Notes under the pieces: model-generated
Databases searched by the model: none
Told to the model about the DNA's origin: nothing
Seen by the model: the letters and a program-made list of their open reading frames with translations, nothing else
Part shown: one piece after another, positions 38,867-49,456 of the stretch
How the letters are laid out: each line of letters starts with the position of its first letter
Position numbering within the stretch: the stretch's first letter is position 1
Made by a program: the position numbers and the translations under genes
NCBI GenBank assembly: GCA_963666275.2
Contig: CAXXOA010000001.1
Coordinates: forward strand, 1,152,001 to 1,216,000
From: Oceanispirochaeta sp.
Lineage (GTDB): Bacteria; Spirochaetota; Spirochaetia; DSM-2461
DNA: 64,000 nt
Direction of reading: 5' to 3'

Positions 38867-39997
38867 ATGATTGAAGTAGACTTGATTACAATAATTTTCA
38901 TATACAATACATCCCTTTTCAGTGGTGCAATTGCATTTCTGTATCTTCTTATTCATTCTCTTGAAACTACGGGACTGAAACAACTGGCTATAGCCTATGC
39001 CTTACTGGGGGTTGGTTCTATTATTGCCGGTTTAGGAGAATTTTCAATTTTTCCTTTATTCCTGTGGGCTAATCTCAGTTTCCTTATGGGAATAGTTGCC
39101 TATTCTCTGTTTTTTGCAGGATTTGTTTCTCTGAATCGGGATAGAAACAAAATGGTTTTCAGAGTAATGGGTATCCTGCTGGTCTCTGAGATTATCGTAG
39201 CTCTTTTTACAGATCTCTGGCATGTTGACAGGATAAGGGCGACTTCCTTTCATCTGGTAGCAGCAGTCTCCCTTTTTTATTCCGGGATAAACGTATTAAG
39301 AAAAAAGAGATTTGAAAAGCTGAATGCCCGCTGGCTTCTTTCGATCAGCTTGATGATTGGAGGACTGGCCTTCTTTTTTACCATGCTGGCTCTTATTTTC
39401 CAGGAGGTATACTTCGCTATTGTTGCTCTGAATTTTTCATTTCAGATATTTATAAATTTTCTCGTTACGATCTTTACTTATGCACTTGTTAAAGAACGAG
39501 TGGAAAAACAGTTACAAGCCATTTCTCTGATTGATCCTTTAACCAAAGTTGGAAATAGAAGATGGCTTGAAGCAAACAAACCGGTTCAAATGAGACAGAA
39601 GGACTCAATCCTAATGATTGATTTGGATCATTTTAAGGATGTTAATGACAGTTATGGCCATCAGATGGGAGATATGGCACTCTTTAGAGTTGCTGAAAAG
39701 ATTGAATCTATTCTTAGAAAAAACAGTCTTTTTGCCCGTTATGGAGGAGAGGAATTTATTGCTTTTATACCCAATGTTTCTAAAAACATAGTTCTTAATA
39801 TCGGAGAAAGGATCAGAAAGGAAGTTGAACAAATGGAATTTTCCCATTCTCCTCAGGACTTTAAGCTAACAGTCAGTATCGGAATCTGCTGGAATAATGG
39901 TTCATTCAAGTCTTTTGAAGAAATGACTAAAATCTCAGATGAAGCCCTCTACGCTGCTAAAAATACCGGGCGAAACAAGGTTGTGCAGAAAGGGTGA
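38867..39997 (+). CDS. Membrane-bound GGDEF diguanylate cyclase (low GC)
   Basis: About 7 TM; DPLT..GNRR, IDLDHFK.VND.YGH, RYGGEEF; no RxxD I-site. Confidence 0.92.
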   Translation: MIEVDLITIIFIYNTSLFSGAIAFLYLLIHSLETTGLKQLAIAYALLGVGSIIAGLGEFSIFPLFLWANLSFLMGIVAYSLFFAGFVSLNRDRNKMVFRVMGILLVSEIIVALFTDLWHVDRIRATSFHLVAAVSLFYSGINVLRKKRFEKLNARWLLSISLMIGGLAFFFTMLALIFQEVYFAIVALNFSFQIFINFLVTIFTYALVKERVEKQLQAISLIDPLTKVGNRRWLEANKPVQMRQKDSILMIDLDHFKDVNDSYGHQMGDMALFRVAEKIESILRKNSLFARYGGEEFIAFIPNVSKNIVLNIGERIRKEVEQMEFSHSPQDFKLTVSIGICWNNGSFKSFEEMTKISDEALYAAKNTGRNKVVQKG

Positions 39998-40290
39998 CCC
40001 CGGCTCTTTAATATGTACCATGTGCAAAATTGGTTTTCAGCCTATTTAAGCAATAGAGGCTGAGAGAAAAAAGAGATTCACCGAAGAACAGATTGTAAAA
40101 AAGCCTGAATGAGAGGGTTGCCGAACTTTCATTTGATAACATGGCTCAGAAGGAACTCATAAAAAAATTTGCGAACCGGAGTAAAGAAACAGGGTGTACA
40201 TCATCTGATTCAGAACTTCGGGATATCAGTCAGGAGAGCATTTATACTAGCTTCAGAAGAACACATTCCTGTTGATTTGCCGCAGAACCG
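39995..40290 (+). mobile_element. Degenerate, internally deleted IS3-family element; right end approximate
   Basis: TGACC... start; OrfA fragments RKKRFTEEQIVK and LNERVAELSFDN..KELIKKF; A7 slippery site at 40161-40167; OrfB start GVHHLIQNFGISVRRA. Confidence 0.7.
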
Positions 40291-40449
40291 AAAAGGGTAA
40301 GGGCGATGGATTTCATAAATTATATAACAAGCTTCAATTGGAAGTTAAAAATACTGACAGTCAAAAATCCTGTAACGAAACTGTGGGGTGTGGTTATCCA
40401 GGATATTCGGAGCGTCACTAATCATTATTAATGTTCTGGAGGCTATTCT

Positions 40450-40815
40450 ATGAAAATTACGCTGAGCATTGAGGGAGAAACCCTCACCGCCGAAATGGTC
40501 TCCTGTGAAACCACCGACCAGTTCCCGGCCATGATGCCTGTTACCATCCGAATGCATGATTTCTGCAAAAGGATTAAATATTCCTATTTTGACGGGCCCC
40601 TCTCGCTTAACCGAGTGAAACAGATCGGTTACGAAATGGGTGATATCGCCTACTGGCCCGAAGGAAATGAGCTGCTCCTCTATTACCGCCATGATGGAAA
40701 ACCCATGAGGAGCGACATCATTGTCCTGGGCAGAATACTTTCCCGTTCCGAGCTCCTGGGAGAGTGCAGGGGGAGTGTGGATATCACGTTCACACCACAG
40801 GTTCCCGTGAAATAG
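40450..40815 (+). CDS. Cyclophilin-like fold protein
   Basis: MKITLSI, P.T..M.D, GDIAYWPEGN.L..YY, LG.I; GGAGG SD. Confidence 0.82.
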   Translation: MKITLSIEGETLTAEMVSCETTDQFPAMMPVTIRMHDFCKRIKYSYFDGPLSLNRVKQIGYEMGDIAYWPEGNELLLYYRHDGKPMRSDIIVLGRILSRSELLGECRGSVDITFTPQVPVK

Positions 40816-41160
40816 TCGGAAACTCGTTCTCCAGTTCCGATTGTCATCTTTTTTCAGGTAAAATTACCTCCCGGAAAACGCAATAATGTATAAATATACA
40901 GAATATATAGAATTAGATCCGATTCAGAAAGCAACCTTCCTGTAATTTTCCCTTATTAAAAGTCACTGATTTGTATTTTATTGTTGCATCATGTTCTTTT
41001 TTCGCATTACAATTAGGAATTGATTTTTTTCTTAATTGAATCTAATTGACTATGAACCAAAGGGTTCCTGGATCTGTCCTTCTATAGAGAAACATATATG
41101 GTACAGAAATTGCATTTAATTAGGAAACAAATATCTAACTTATATAAATAAGGGGAAAGT

Positions 41161-42795
41161 ATGAAGAAAATTTTTACATTAGTGCTTATGGTGTTGATGG
41201 CTGTCGGAATGACAGTTTTTTTTACAGCATGCAGTAAAGAAGAAGCTCCTGCAGCTGAAGAAAAAGCTGCAGAAGCACCAGCGGCTCAAGAAGATAATAA
41301 GTCCGGTGGTGTGCTTGTATTTGCACGGTCCGGAGACTCTGTCGGTCTGGATCCCGCCCGGGAAACAGACGGAGAATCCTTTTACGGAAGCACACCCGTT
41401 TATGATACTCTGGTGGAATTCGTTCCCGGATCCACTGAAATCCAGCCGGCCCTGGCGGAAAGCTGGGATTTTGCCGATGACGGACTGTCTGCCACATTTC
41501 ATCTGAGAAAAGGCGTCAAGTTTCATGACGGTACCGACTTCAATGCGGATGCGGTAGTTTTCTCTTTTGAAAGACAGTTCAAAGAGGATCACCCCTTCTA
41601 CAATAACGGCCCCTGGAAATACTGGGGTTACATGGGCATGAGCGATATCGTTGATGAAGTGGTTGCAGTGGATGAATACACAGTCCGTTTTGATCTGAAA
41701 GTTGTGGAAGCTCCTTTCATCGCCAACCTGGCTATGGACTTTGCCGCTATCGTTTCTCCCACCGCAGCGGAAAAATACGGTGCCGACCTGGCAACCAATC
41801 CCGTGGGAACCGGACCTTTCAAGTTTGTATCCTGGATCAAGGACGACAGCATCGTGTATGAAAGAAACCCCGACTTCTGGGGCGGCGATGTGTATCTGGA
41901 CCGTCTGATCCTCAAGGTTATTCCCGATGCGACAGCCCGCTGGCTGGCCCTTCAGAAAGGTGAAGTGGATGTGATCGATTTCCCCTCTCCCGAAGATCTG
42001 GATGAGATGAAAGCCACCGAGGGCATCAAAGTGATTCAGCAGGAAGGTCTCAATGTGGGCTACCTGGCTCTGAACACCGAAAAAGCTCCCTATGACAATC
42101 AGCTTGTAAGACAGGCAATGAACTATGCCATCGATAGAGAAGAGATCGTAGCCGGTGTTTACGGCGCTGCCGGTAAACCTGCCAAAAACCCTCTGCCTCC
42201 CACCATGTGGTCCTACAACGATGATATCGAAGCCTATCCCTACGATCCTGCCAAAGCCAAGGAACTTCTGGCCCAGGCCGGATATGCCGATGGTTTCGAC
42301 ACCGAAATCTGGGCTATGCCTGTAGCAAGACCCTACAACCCCAACGGTAAAAAGGTTGCTGAAATTATGCAGGCACAGCTTGCAAAAGTCGGCATCAATG
42401 TGGAAATCATCTCCTACGAATGGGGTACCTACCTGGATAAAACCGACATGGGTGAGCATCAGGCTGCCATGCTGGGATGGACCGGTGACAACGGTGATCC
42501 CGACAACTTCCTGTGGGTTCTCCTTTCCGCTCAGGCTGCTGAAAAACCCGCCGGAAATATCGCCTTCTGGAAAAACGCCGAGTTTACCGACCTGATCGCC
42601 CAGGCAAAACAGGAAATGGATGTGGCAAAAAGAACCGAGCTGTACAGACAGGCTCAGGTCATCTTCCACGAAGATGCTCCCTGGGTTCCCATTGCCCACT
42701 CTGTTGTTTCTGAACCCATGAAAGAATCCGTCATGGACTTTCAGCTCTATCCTACCGGACGCCGTGTTTTCACACATGTCTGGATTAAAAAATAA
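41161..42795 (+). CDS. dppA: Dipeptide/oligopeptide ABC substrate-binding lipoprotein
   Basis: Lipobox FTAC; LDPA, LAESW, LRKGVKFHDG, PVGTGPFKF, RPYNPN, GWTGDNGDPDNF. Confidence 0.9.
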   Translation: MKKIFTLVLMVLMAVGMTVFFTACSKEEAPAAEEKAAEAPAAQEDNKSGGVLVFARSGDSVGLDPARETDGESFYGSTPVYDTLVEFVPGSTEIQPALAESWDFADDGLSATFHLRKGVKFHDGTDFNADAVVFSFERQFKEDHPFYNNGPWKYWGYMGMSDIVDEVVAVDEYTVRFDLKVVEAPFIANLAMDFAAIVSPTAAEKYGADLATNPVGTGPFKFVSWIKDDSIVYERNPDFWGGDVYLDRLILKVIPDATARWLALQKGEVDVIDFPSPEDLDEMKATEGIKVIQQEGLNVGYLALNTEKAPYDNQLVRQAMNYAIDREEIVAGVYGAAGKPAKNPLPPTMWSYNDDIEAYPYDPAKAKELLAQAGYADGFDTEIWAMPVARPYNPNGKKVAEIMQAQLAKVGINVEIISYEWGTYLDKTDMGEHQAAMLGWTGDNGDPDNFLWVLLSAQAAEKPAGNIAFWKNAEFTDLIAQAKQEMDVAKRTELYRQAQVIFHEDAPWVPIAHSVVSEPMKESVMDFQLYPTGRRVFTHVWIKK

Positions 42796-42814
42796 GTCTT
42801 AAACTTTTGCATTT

Positions 42815-42854
42815 CAGTCCTGCCGGTCCCTTTCCGGCAGGACTGTTTTCTTTT
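42815..42854 (+). terminator. Intrinsic terminator/attenuator after dppA
   Basis: CAGTCCTGCCGG-7nt-CCGGCAGGACTG followed by TTTTCTTTT. Confidence 0.8.
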
Positions 42855-42866
42855 ACAGTAGGTACT

Positions 42867-43880
42867 ATGATCCGTTATATAATCAAAAGAATCGCTATGC
42901 TTTTTCCCACTCTTTTCGGAGTGGTGACTCTTGTTTTTTTCATGATTGCCCTGGCACCGGGAGATCCTGCCAGAGTCATGCTGGGAGAGCGGGCAAGCAA
43001 AGAGAAAATTGAAAAACTCAGGGCTGATCTGGGACTGGATAAACCCCTGACCCAGCAGTATGCCCTATATCTCAAGCGTGTGGTCCATCTGGATTTCGGT
43101 AAATCCATAAAATCGGGACAGCGCGTTATGGACGAAATCAGGGAGAGATTTCCCGCCACTGTGGAGCTGGCCATCTGCGCCATGATCTTCGCCTCTGTTC
43201 TGGGTATCTGGATAGGTGTTATCTCGGCAACCAGAAAAAATACCTGGATTGACTACTCATCCATGGTGGGAGCTCTCTTCGGAGTTTCCATGCCTGTCTT
43301 CTGGCTGGCTCTTGTGATGATCATGGTTTTCTCAGTCAATCTTGATATTTTCCCTACAGGCGGAAGGATCAATATCCGCTATTACTTTTCTCCTGAAACC
43401 AATTTCTATCTGGTGGATACGTTCAAATATATTTTTCAGGGCCATCCGGAGTATTTCCTCTCGGCACTTCACCATCTGGTTCTCCCCTCAGTGGCTCTGG
43501 GTACCATTCCCCTGGCTATCATTGCAAGAACCACACGGAGCAGTATGCTGGAAGTGCTGAAACAGGACTATGTCAAAACAGTCCGGTCCGCCGGAATCAA
43601 AGAGAAGCGGGTCATCTACCGCTATGCTCTGCGGAATGCCCTGCTTCCTGTGATTACAGTCATAGGTCTTCAGTTCGGCCTGCTTCTGGCGGGAGCGATC
43701 CTGACGGAAACAATCTTTGCCTGGCCGGGAATCGGAAAATGGATCTATCACGCCATCGAGGCCCGGGATTATCCTGCTGTGCAGGGGGGGATTATAATCA
43801 TCTCCACAACCTTTGTGCTTATCAATCTTGTGGTGGATGTGCTCTATTCGGTGATAAATCCCAAAATCAGACTCCAGTAA
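42867..43880 (+). CDS. dppB: Peptide ABC permease
   Basis: PGDPA, GLDKP, RFPAT.EL, EAA-like motif, ETIFAWPGIG. Confidence 0.9.
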   Translation: MIRYIIKRIAMLFPTLFGVVTLVFFMIALAPGDPARVMLGERASKEKIEKLRADLGLDKPLTQQYALYLKRVVHLDFGKSIKSGQRVMDEIRERFPATVELAICAMIFASVLGIWIGVISATRKNTWIDYSSMVGALFGVSMPVFWLALVMIMVFSVNLDIFPTGGRINIRYYFSPETNFYLVDTFKYIFQGHPEYFLSALHHLVLPSVALGTIPLAIIARTTRSSMLEVLKQDYVKTVRSAGIKEKRVIYRYALRNALLPVITVIGLQFGLLLAGAILTETIFAWPGIGKWIYHAIEARDYPAVQGGIIIISTTFVLINLVVDVLYSVINPKIRLQ

Positions 43881-43901
43881 TTTAAGGAACGAAAATATAT
43901 T

Positions 43902-44777
43902 ATGAGTGAAACAATAGAGATTCATGAACCTGATGAATCGCCTTTGAAAGAACACTGGCATCAGCTGAAGCGTAATAAAACGGCCATGGCCGGTTTGATT
44001 GTCATATTGGTGTTTATATTTATCGGTATTTTTGCCCCTCTGCTCTCTCCGATGGATCCGATAGAGCAGAATATCGATATGAGAAAATCCGCCCCTTTCA
44101 CCAATGGTTTTATCCTGGGAAGCGATGACCTGGGGCGTGATATGCTCTCCCGTCTGCTTTACGGGGCACGGATCTCCATGATCATCGGGGTGATTTCAGT
44201 GGGTATCTCACTGGTTTTCGGAGTCTCCATAGGGCTGATTTCGGCCTACTACGGCGGTATCGTCGATAAAATCATCATGCGTCTCATCGACATTATGCTT
44301 GCCTTTCCCTACATCCTGCTGACCATCGTTATCGTTGCGGTCCTGGGGCCGTCCCTTATCAATGCCATGGTAGCCATCGGAATCTCCCAGGTTCCCCGGT
44401 ACGCCAGGGTGGTCAGAGCCTCGGTTCTGGCAGAGAAAGAGAACGATTATGTACTGGCCGAGAGAGCCCTCGGCGCCTCCGACTGGGAGCTTATGTTCAA
44501 ATCCATACTTCCCAACTGTCTGGCCCCCATTTCCGTTCAGGCTACACTCGGTGTGGGAACAGCCATTCTGGACTCGGCGGCCCTCTCTTTTCTCGGTATG
44601 GGAGCCCAGCCTCCGACTCCGGAATGGGGACTTATGATCGCCACTTCCAAGGAGTTTATCACCAGTGCCTGGTGGATTGTCACCTTTCCGGGTATCGCCA
44701 CTCTTCTGGCGGTTCTGGGATTTAATCTTCTCGGCGACGGGCTGCGGGATATTCTTGATCCCAGGATGCGGGACTGA
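43902..44777 (+). CDS. dppC: Peptide ABC permease
   Basis: LGSDDLGRD..SRLLYGAR.S, LSFLG.G.QPP.PEWG, GDGLRD.LDP. Confidence 0.9.
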   Translation: MSETIEIHEPDESPLKEHWHQLKRNKTAMAGLIVILVFIFIGIFAPLLSPMDPIEQNIDMRKSAPFTNGFILGSDDLGRDMLSRLLYGARISMIIGVISVGISLVFGVSIGLISAYYGGIVDKIIMRLIDIMLAFPYILLTIVIVAVLGPSLINAMVAIGISQVPRYARVVRASVLAEKENDYVLAERALGASDWELMFKSILPNCLAPISVQATLGVGTAILDSAALSFLGMGAQPPTPEWGLMIATSKEFITSAWWIVTFPGIATLLAVLGFNLLGDGLRDILDPRMRD

Positions 44778-44790
44778 CCAGAGGAATATT

Positions 44791-45810
44791 ATGACAGAAA
44801 AAATACTATTATCCATGGAAAATATAAATGTCCACTTTCATACAAGACGGGGCATTGTAAAGGCTGTGAGGGACCTCTCTCTTCAGATCAAAGAGGGGGA
44901 AACCCTGGCCCTTGTGGGCGAATCGGGCTGCGGAAAATCCGTTACTGCCCATACGATCAACCAGTTGATCCCCATGCCTCCCGGTGTTATCGAGAGCGGC
45001 AAAGTGATCTTCCAGGGCCGGGATCTGCTGACCCTGTCGGAAAAAGAGGTTCAGAAGCTCCGGGGTACCCAGATATCCATGATCTTTCAGGAGCCCATGA
45101 CCAGCCTGAATCCCGTTTTCAAAGTAGGGGACCAGCTGGCCGATGTGTTTATGACCCATCAGAATATGAAAAAGAAAGAAGCGTTCGCCAGAGCAGTGGA
45201 ACTTCTTAAACTTGTAAAAATCCCTTCACCGGAAAAGCGGGCCTACGACTATCCCCATCAGCTGTCGGGAGGAATGCGGCAGAGAGCGATGATTGCTATG
45301 GCTCTGGCCTCACCCGAACCGGGCCTGATGATTGCCGATGAGCCCACCACGGCCCTGGATGTGACCATTCAGGCTCAGATCCTGGACCTTCTGACGGACC
45401 TGAAAGAGAAAGTGAATATGTCTCTTCTTCTGATCACCCATGATATGGGAGTTGTTGCCGAAACAGCCGACCGGGTGGTGGTTATGTATGCGGGCCGGAA
45501 AGTAGAGGAAGGCTCGGTGTATCAGATCTTTGACAATCCTTCCCATCCCTATACGCTGGGACTCCTCAATTCCCTGCCGTCCAATGACAAATACCGTGAG
45601 GCAAGCCGGCTGGAAGCGATTCCGGGAACCGTACCCGATCTTCTGACTCTGGGTGAGGGATGTCCCTTTGCCAACAGATGCAAATGGGCCGATCAGGAGT
45701 GCGACAGGGCATTCCCCGGTGAAACCCTCCTGGAAGAGGGGCATGCTATCTGGTGTTATAAGGCCGATCAGGTGAAAGCCGGAGAGCCTGTCCGAAAGGA
45801 GACTGTTTAA
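44791..45810 (+). CDS. dppD: Peptide ABC ATPase
   Basis: [40 protein letters not shown] before ATG 44791. Confidence 0.9.
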   Translation: MTEKILLSMENINVHFHTRRGIVKAVRDLSLQIKEGETLALVGESGCGKSVTAHTINQLIPMPPGVIESGKVIFQGRDLLTLSEKEVQKLRGTQISMIFQEPMTSLNPVFKVGDQLADVFMTHQNMKKKEAFARAVELLKLVKIPSPEKRAYDYPHQLSGGMRQRAMIAMALASPEPGLMIADEPTTALDVTIQAQILDLLTDLKEKVNMSLLLITHDMGVVAETADRVVVMYAGRKVEEGSVYQIFDNPSHPYTLGLLNSLPSNDKYREASRLEAIPGTVPDLLTLGEGCPFANRCKWADQECDRAFPGETLLEEGHAIWCYKADQVKAGEPVRKETV

Positions 45811-46784
45811 TGGATAAACTGATGGAGGTGAAAAACCTCAAAAAATATTACACCATCTCCTCCAATGATCTGCAGGGGAAGAAGGGTGTTCTCAAAGCGG
45901 TGGATGATGTTTCCTTTGATCTGAAAAAGGGAGAAATTCTGGGAGTTGTCGGCGAATCGGGCTGCGGTAAATCCACACTGGGAAAAACAGTCCTCAGGCT
46001 CCATGAAAAGACAGAAGGTCAGGTGCTGTACGACGGCCGTGACTTGTTCAGCCTGGATCACAGGGAAATGACAGCCCTGAGAAAAAGGATGCAGATGGTT
46101 TTTCAGGATCCCTTTTCGTCACTGAATCCCCGGAAAAAAATCTCCACCCTTATAGGGCAGCCTCTGAAAATCCATAAATACGGATCCACATCGGAAATTG
46201 AAGAGAAAGTCGATGCCATTATGGAGGAAGTGGGGATCAATCCCCACTACAAAAAGCGCTTTCCCCACCAGTTTTCAGGAGGTCAGAGGCAGAGAATCGG
46301 AATCGCCCGGGCTCTGGCCCTGAATCCCGAGCTGGTTGTCTGCGACGAAGCCGTATCGGCTCTGGATGTCTCAGTGCAGGCTCAGATCCTGAACCTGCTT
46401 CTGGATCTGCGGGAGAAGCATGATCTGACCTATATGTTCATTGCCCATGATCTGGCTGTAGTGGAATTCATCTCAACAAGAATCGTGGTCATGTATCTGG
46501 GTAAGATCGTGGAAATGGCAGATAAACTGGAGCTTCTGAAGCATCACAGGCATCCCTATACAAAAGCCCTTTTTGCCGCATTCCCCATGACTGATCCCTA
46601 CAGGCGGGATAAAAAAGAGAAAATTGTCATGGGTGATGTTCCCAGCCCGGTAAATCCTCCTTCGGGCTGTCATTTTCATCCCCGCTGTCCCTTTGCCACA
46701 GATATCTGCCGGCAGGAATATCCGCCCCTGCGGGAAGGGGACTCCGGCCATTTCGCCGCCTGCTGGCATCAGGACGAGATTTAA
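45810..46784 (+). CDS. dppF: Peptide ABC ATPase
   Basis: [39 protein letters not shown]. Confidence 0.9.
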   Translation: MDKLMEVKNLKKYYTISSNDLQGKKGVLKAVDDVSFDLKKGEILGVVGESGCGKSTLGKTVLRLHEKTEGQVLYDGRDLFSLDHREMTALRKRMQMVFQDPFSSLNPRKKISTLIGQPLKIHKYGSTSEIEEKVDAIMEEVGINPHYKKRFPHQFSGGQRQRIGIARALALNPELVVCDEAVSALDVSVQAQILNLLLDLREKHDLTYMFIAHDLAVVEFISTRIVVMYLGKIVEMADKLELLKHHRHPYTKALFAAFPMTDPYRRDKKEKIVMGDVPSPVNPPSGCHFHPRCPFATDICRQEYPPLREGDSGHFAACWHQDEI

Positions 46785-46826
46785 ATCTATTCCTCTTTGT
46801 CTATGACGTCTCCGGGGAGCCTGTTT

Positions 46827-47489
46827 TCAGGAGTCCCGGGGGCTTTTCTTTCGAAGTAACATTTTTGTGTCTTCTGAAAATATTCTGTATTCCCACTGTT
46901 CCGAACCGTTCAGAGCCTCTTCATACTCAGCCATTTTTTCAAGAACCTCCCGGGCTTCCTCTCCCGGAGCAACCATAAGCCGGATGATCTCCTGCCTGTA
47001 GGGGAAATCTCCCTCCAGTCGGATAATATCTTTCAGATATTCCCGTCTGCTTTTCCGGCAGTATTCCAGAGGAGTGGGGAGGCCTATCTCTCCGGCACCG
47101 CTGCTGCGGATCAGGGAGCTTATGAAATTCCGGCTATACTGTTTTTCTGCCTCTGCGGCCTCTCCGAAGATCCGTCTGCTCCAGAGGGTCAATTCGCTAT
47201 CTTTCAGAGCCATATTGCCTAAAGTCTTTTCCCATTGCAGTTGATTGTCCTCCAGAGATAAAAGAAAGGTGGCTTCAAAGACTGTAAGCGACTGACCGCC
47301 GTCGGGAAATCTCCGCCAACCCCGGGGCGCACGGTAAAGACGGTAAGAGAGGAGGAAAAAGGTTTTGTCCTCTATGGTATAGCCGGCACCGGCTTTAAAG
47401 GAAGTATAGACTTCTTCTGAAAGGCCTCCGCCCGGGAGGACAGTCTGAGAGAACAGCAGAAACAGGAATGTCCGCAGAACTGTATTCAC
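46827..47489 (-). CDS. Hypothetical exported protein
   Basis: 220-aa ORF with hydrophobic N-terminus; fills the gap between genes. Confidence 0.6.
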   Translation of the reverse strand: MNTVLRTFLFLLFSQTVLPGGGLSEEVYTSFKAGAGYTIEDKTFFLLSYRLYRAPRGWRRFPDGGQSLTVFEATFLLSLEDNQLQWEKTLGNMALKDSELTLWSRRIFGEAAEAEKQYSRNFISSLIRSSGAGEIGLPTPLEYCRKSRREYLKDIIRLEGDFPYRQEIIRLMVAPGEEAREVLEKMAEYEEALNGSEQWEYRIFSEDTKMLLRKKSPRDS

Positions 47490-47604
47490 TTCTCTATTCT
47501 ACCACAGAAGGGGTATCCCGACGGGTTCAAAGCCCGGGATTGATTGAAATCCGCGGATCTTCCACTGGAATCGACTGGTCTGTTTCTGATAGTATGTCAG
47601 CCCT

Positions 47605-47847
47605 ATGAATAAAGAAGAAATTTTCTATCCCTGTCAGTGGTCCTATAAAGTGATCGGGACCGACAGGAATGAATTGGACAGGGACATAAGGAAAATTATG
47701 TCAGACAGGGAGTTTTCGCTGGAAGAGTCGAAAAAAAACGGAAAGTATATCTCCCTGCATCTCTCTCTGATCGTCCACTCTAAAATGGATCGGAATCTCA
47801 TTTTTCAGGCTCTGAAAAGCTCAGTTTCCGTGACCATGGTGATTTAG
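47605..47847 (+). CDS. DUF493/YbeD-like ACT-fold protein
   Basis: I.YPC.W.YKVIG...S..GKY.S...V..VI. Confidence 0.8.
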   Translation: MNKEEIFYPCQWSYKVIGTDRNELDRDIRKIMSDREFSLEESKKNGKYISLHLSLIVHSKMDRNLIFQALKSSVSVTMVI

Positions 47848-47906
47848 GCATCGGGATTCCCGGGCATCCGGCCCGGTATAAAAGAAAAGAGGACCATTGG
47901 GGCCTC

Positions 47907-48815
47907 TCAGATATCCGGGTAGTAGGTAACCTTGTTTTTTCCCTTTTTCTTGGATTCGTACATGGCCTTATCAGCCTGGAAAAGGAGTTCCTCACTGCTT
48001 TTGAGATCCTCCGAAGTGCGGGAGAGCCCTATACTGACAGTGATGGAAACCCTGATTCCCTTCAGGTAGGGGATGGCAATTTTTTCAATGCTGAGCCGGA
48101 TCCTTTCGGCAAAGGATTTGGCGCCCTCTTCATCCGCATCAGGCAGAATAATGCAGAATTCCTCCCCACCGAACCGCGCCAGAGTGTCACTGCCACGGAT
48201 AATCCGGCTGCAGGTATCGGCGACTTCTTTCAGCATCACATCCCCGAACTGATGACCATAGGTATCATTGACCGGCTTGAAATTATCCAGATCCAGCATA
48301 AGGAAGGCAAAAGGGACCTTTTTTCTTTCAAAGCGGATGAACTCCTCTTTGAGACGGGTATCCAGATACCGTCTGTTGTAGATCCCGGTAAGCCCGTCTT
48401 TCTGGGAGAGCTCTTTCATGGACTGCTCCATGAAAACCCTGTCGGTCACATCCTGTACGGTAACCACTATATGGAGAATTTCCCCGGTATCATCCCGTAA
48501 GGGGGTGAGAGTACAGCTCTGCTGCATAAACATGAAATCTTCCCTGTAACAGCTGGAAGGGGGGAAGGGGAACATATAGGAGTGGAATTTCTGGGAGTAG
48601 TAAACATAGTTGCCGAATTTGAATACGGATTTCATACTTTGTATGAAACTGTCTGTATTCAGATGAGGATATCGTTTGAAAAGAGACTCTCCGACGATTT
48701 GCTTCTCCTCTATTTCGCTCTGAATTTCCATCCATCTGTTCCAGCGGGCAATCCTGTAATACCTGTCTATGAGAAGAATCCCCATATGAATTGCGTCCAT
48801 TATGTTTTCATACAT
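47907..48815 (-). CDS. PAS + GGDEF diguanylate cyclase
   Basis: PAS (WN.WM); DGLTG.YNRR; RGSD I-site; RFGGEEF. Confidence 0.92.
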   Translation of the reverse strand: MYENIMDAIHMGILLIDRYYRIARWNRWMEIQSEIEEKQIVGESLFKRYPHLNTDSFIQSMKSVFKFGNYVYYSQKFHSYMFPFPPSSCYREDFMFMQQSCTLTPLRDDTGEILHIVVTVQDVTDRVFMEQSMKELSQKDGLTGIYNRRYLDTRLKEEFIRFERKKVPFAFLMLDLDNFKPVNDTYGHQFGDVMLKEVADTCSRIIRGSDTLARFGGEEFCIILPDADEEGAKSFAERIRLSIEKIAIPYLKGIRVSITVSIGLSRTSEDLKSSEELLFQADKAMYESKKKGKNKVTYYPDI

Positions 48816-48820
48816 GGGGA

Positions 48821-49456
48821 TTAACCTGTAAACCTGTGGAGAACATTTTTAAAATAGGGAACCGATTCCCTGCTGTTTATAAGAAACAGAGTTCCCCGGG
48901 CATCGCGGTCTTCAAAGCTGAACTCCGCCGACAGGACAATGTTCTCTTCTCTGTCTTTCAGTTTGCTGTATCTGAGGCTTTTCAGAATGTTCTCGCCCTG
49001 ATAGGCCTCGGGCCGGAGATAGGAGATAGAGGTATTCAGCATTTTAAAGAGATTTCCTATACAGGCGGCATTGAGAATATTGCCTATTTCAAGGAGGGCT
49101 TCCTTTTCCAGCTCCAATAGCCTGTCAGAATCGTATTGAAAATCTGATGTATCCCTGAAATACGAGAGCAGCTCCTTTTCCATTCCGTAGGGAAACACAA
49201 GGAAGGAGATCCCCCTGAAGTCGCTGTGATATCCCTGTTCCACTATCCGGCTGCTCTCCAGGTCAATCACCGAGCTCTGCACAAGAGGTATGAGGTCCCT
49301 GGTTTTCAGAATGTTCAACTTCGGGACATGAAGTGTTATGAAGATATCCAGAAGTTCTGCAAGATCCGCTGCGGCGGAACCGAAAGCGATATTCATTGTT
49401 TCCTTGAGGGCATCAAGTTCCAGTTCTGTAAAGGTGTTATCACTTCTTTCCGTCAC
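48821..49456 (-). CDS. CheC-family phosphatase-like protein
   Basis: Two ExxN motifs: DALKETMNIAFG and EALLEIGNIL. Confidence 0.85.
   Translation of the reverse strand: MTERSDNTFTELELDALKETMNIAFGSAAADLAELLDIFITLHVPKLNILKTRDLIPLVQSSVIDLESSRIVEQGYHSDFRGISFLVFPYGMEKELLSYFRDTSDFQYDSDRLLELEKEALLEIGNILNAACIGNLFKMLNTSISYLRPEAYQGENILKSLRYSKLKDREENIVLSAEFSFEDRDARGTLFLINSRESVPYFKNVLHRFTG

Noticed and set aside
41179..42777. 532-aa minus-strand ORF
   Set aside because: Mirror ORF of the strongly codon-biased dppA
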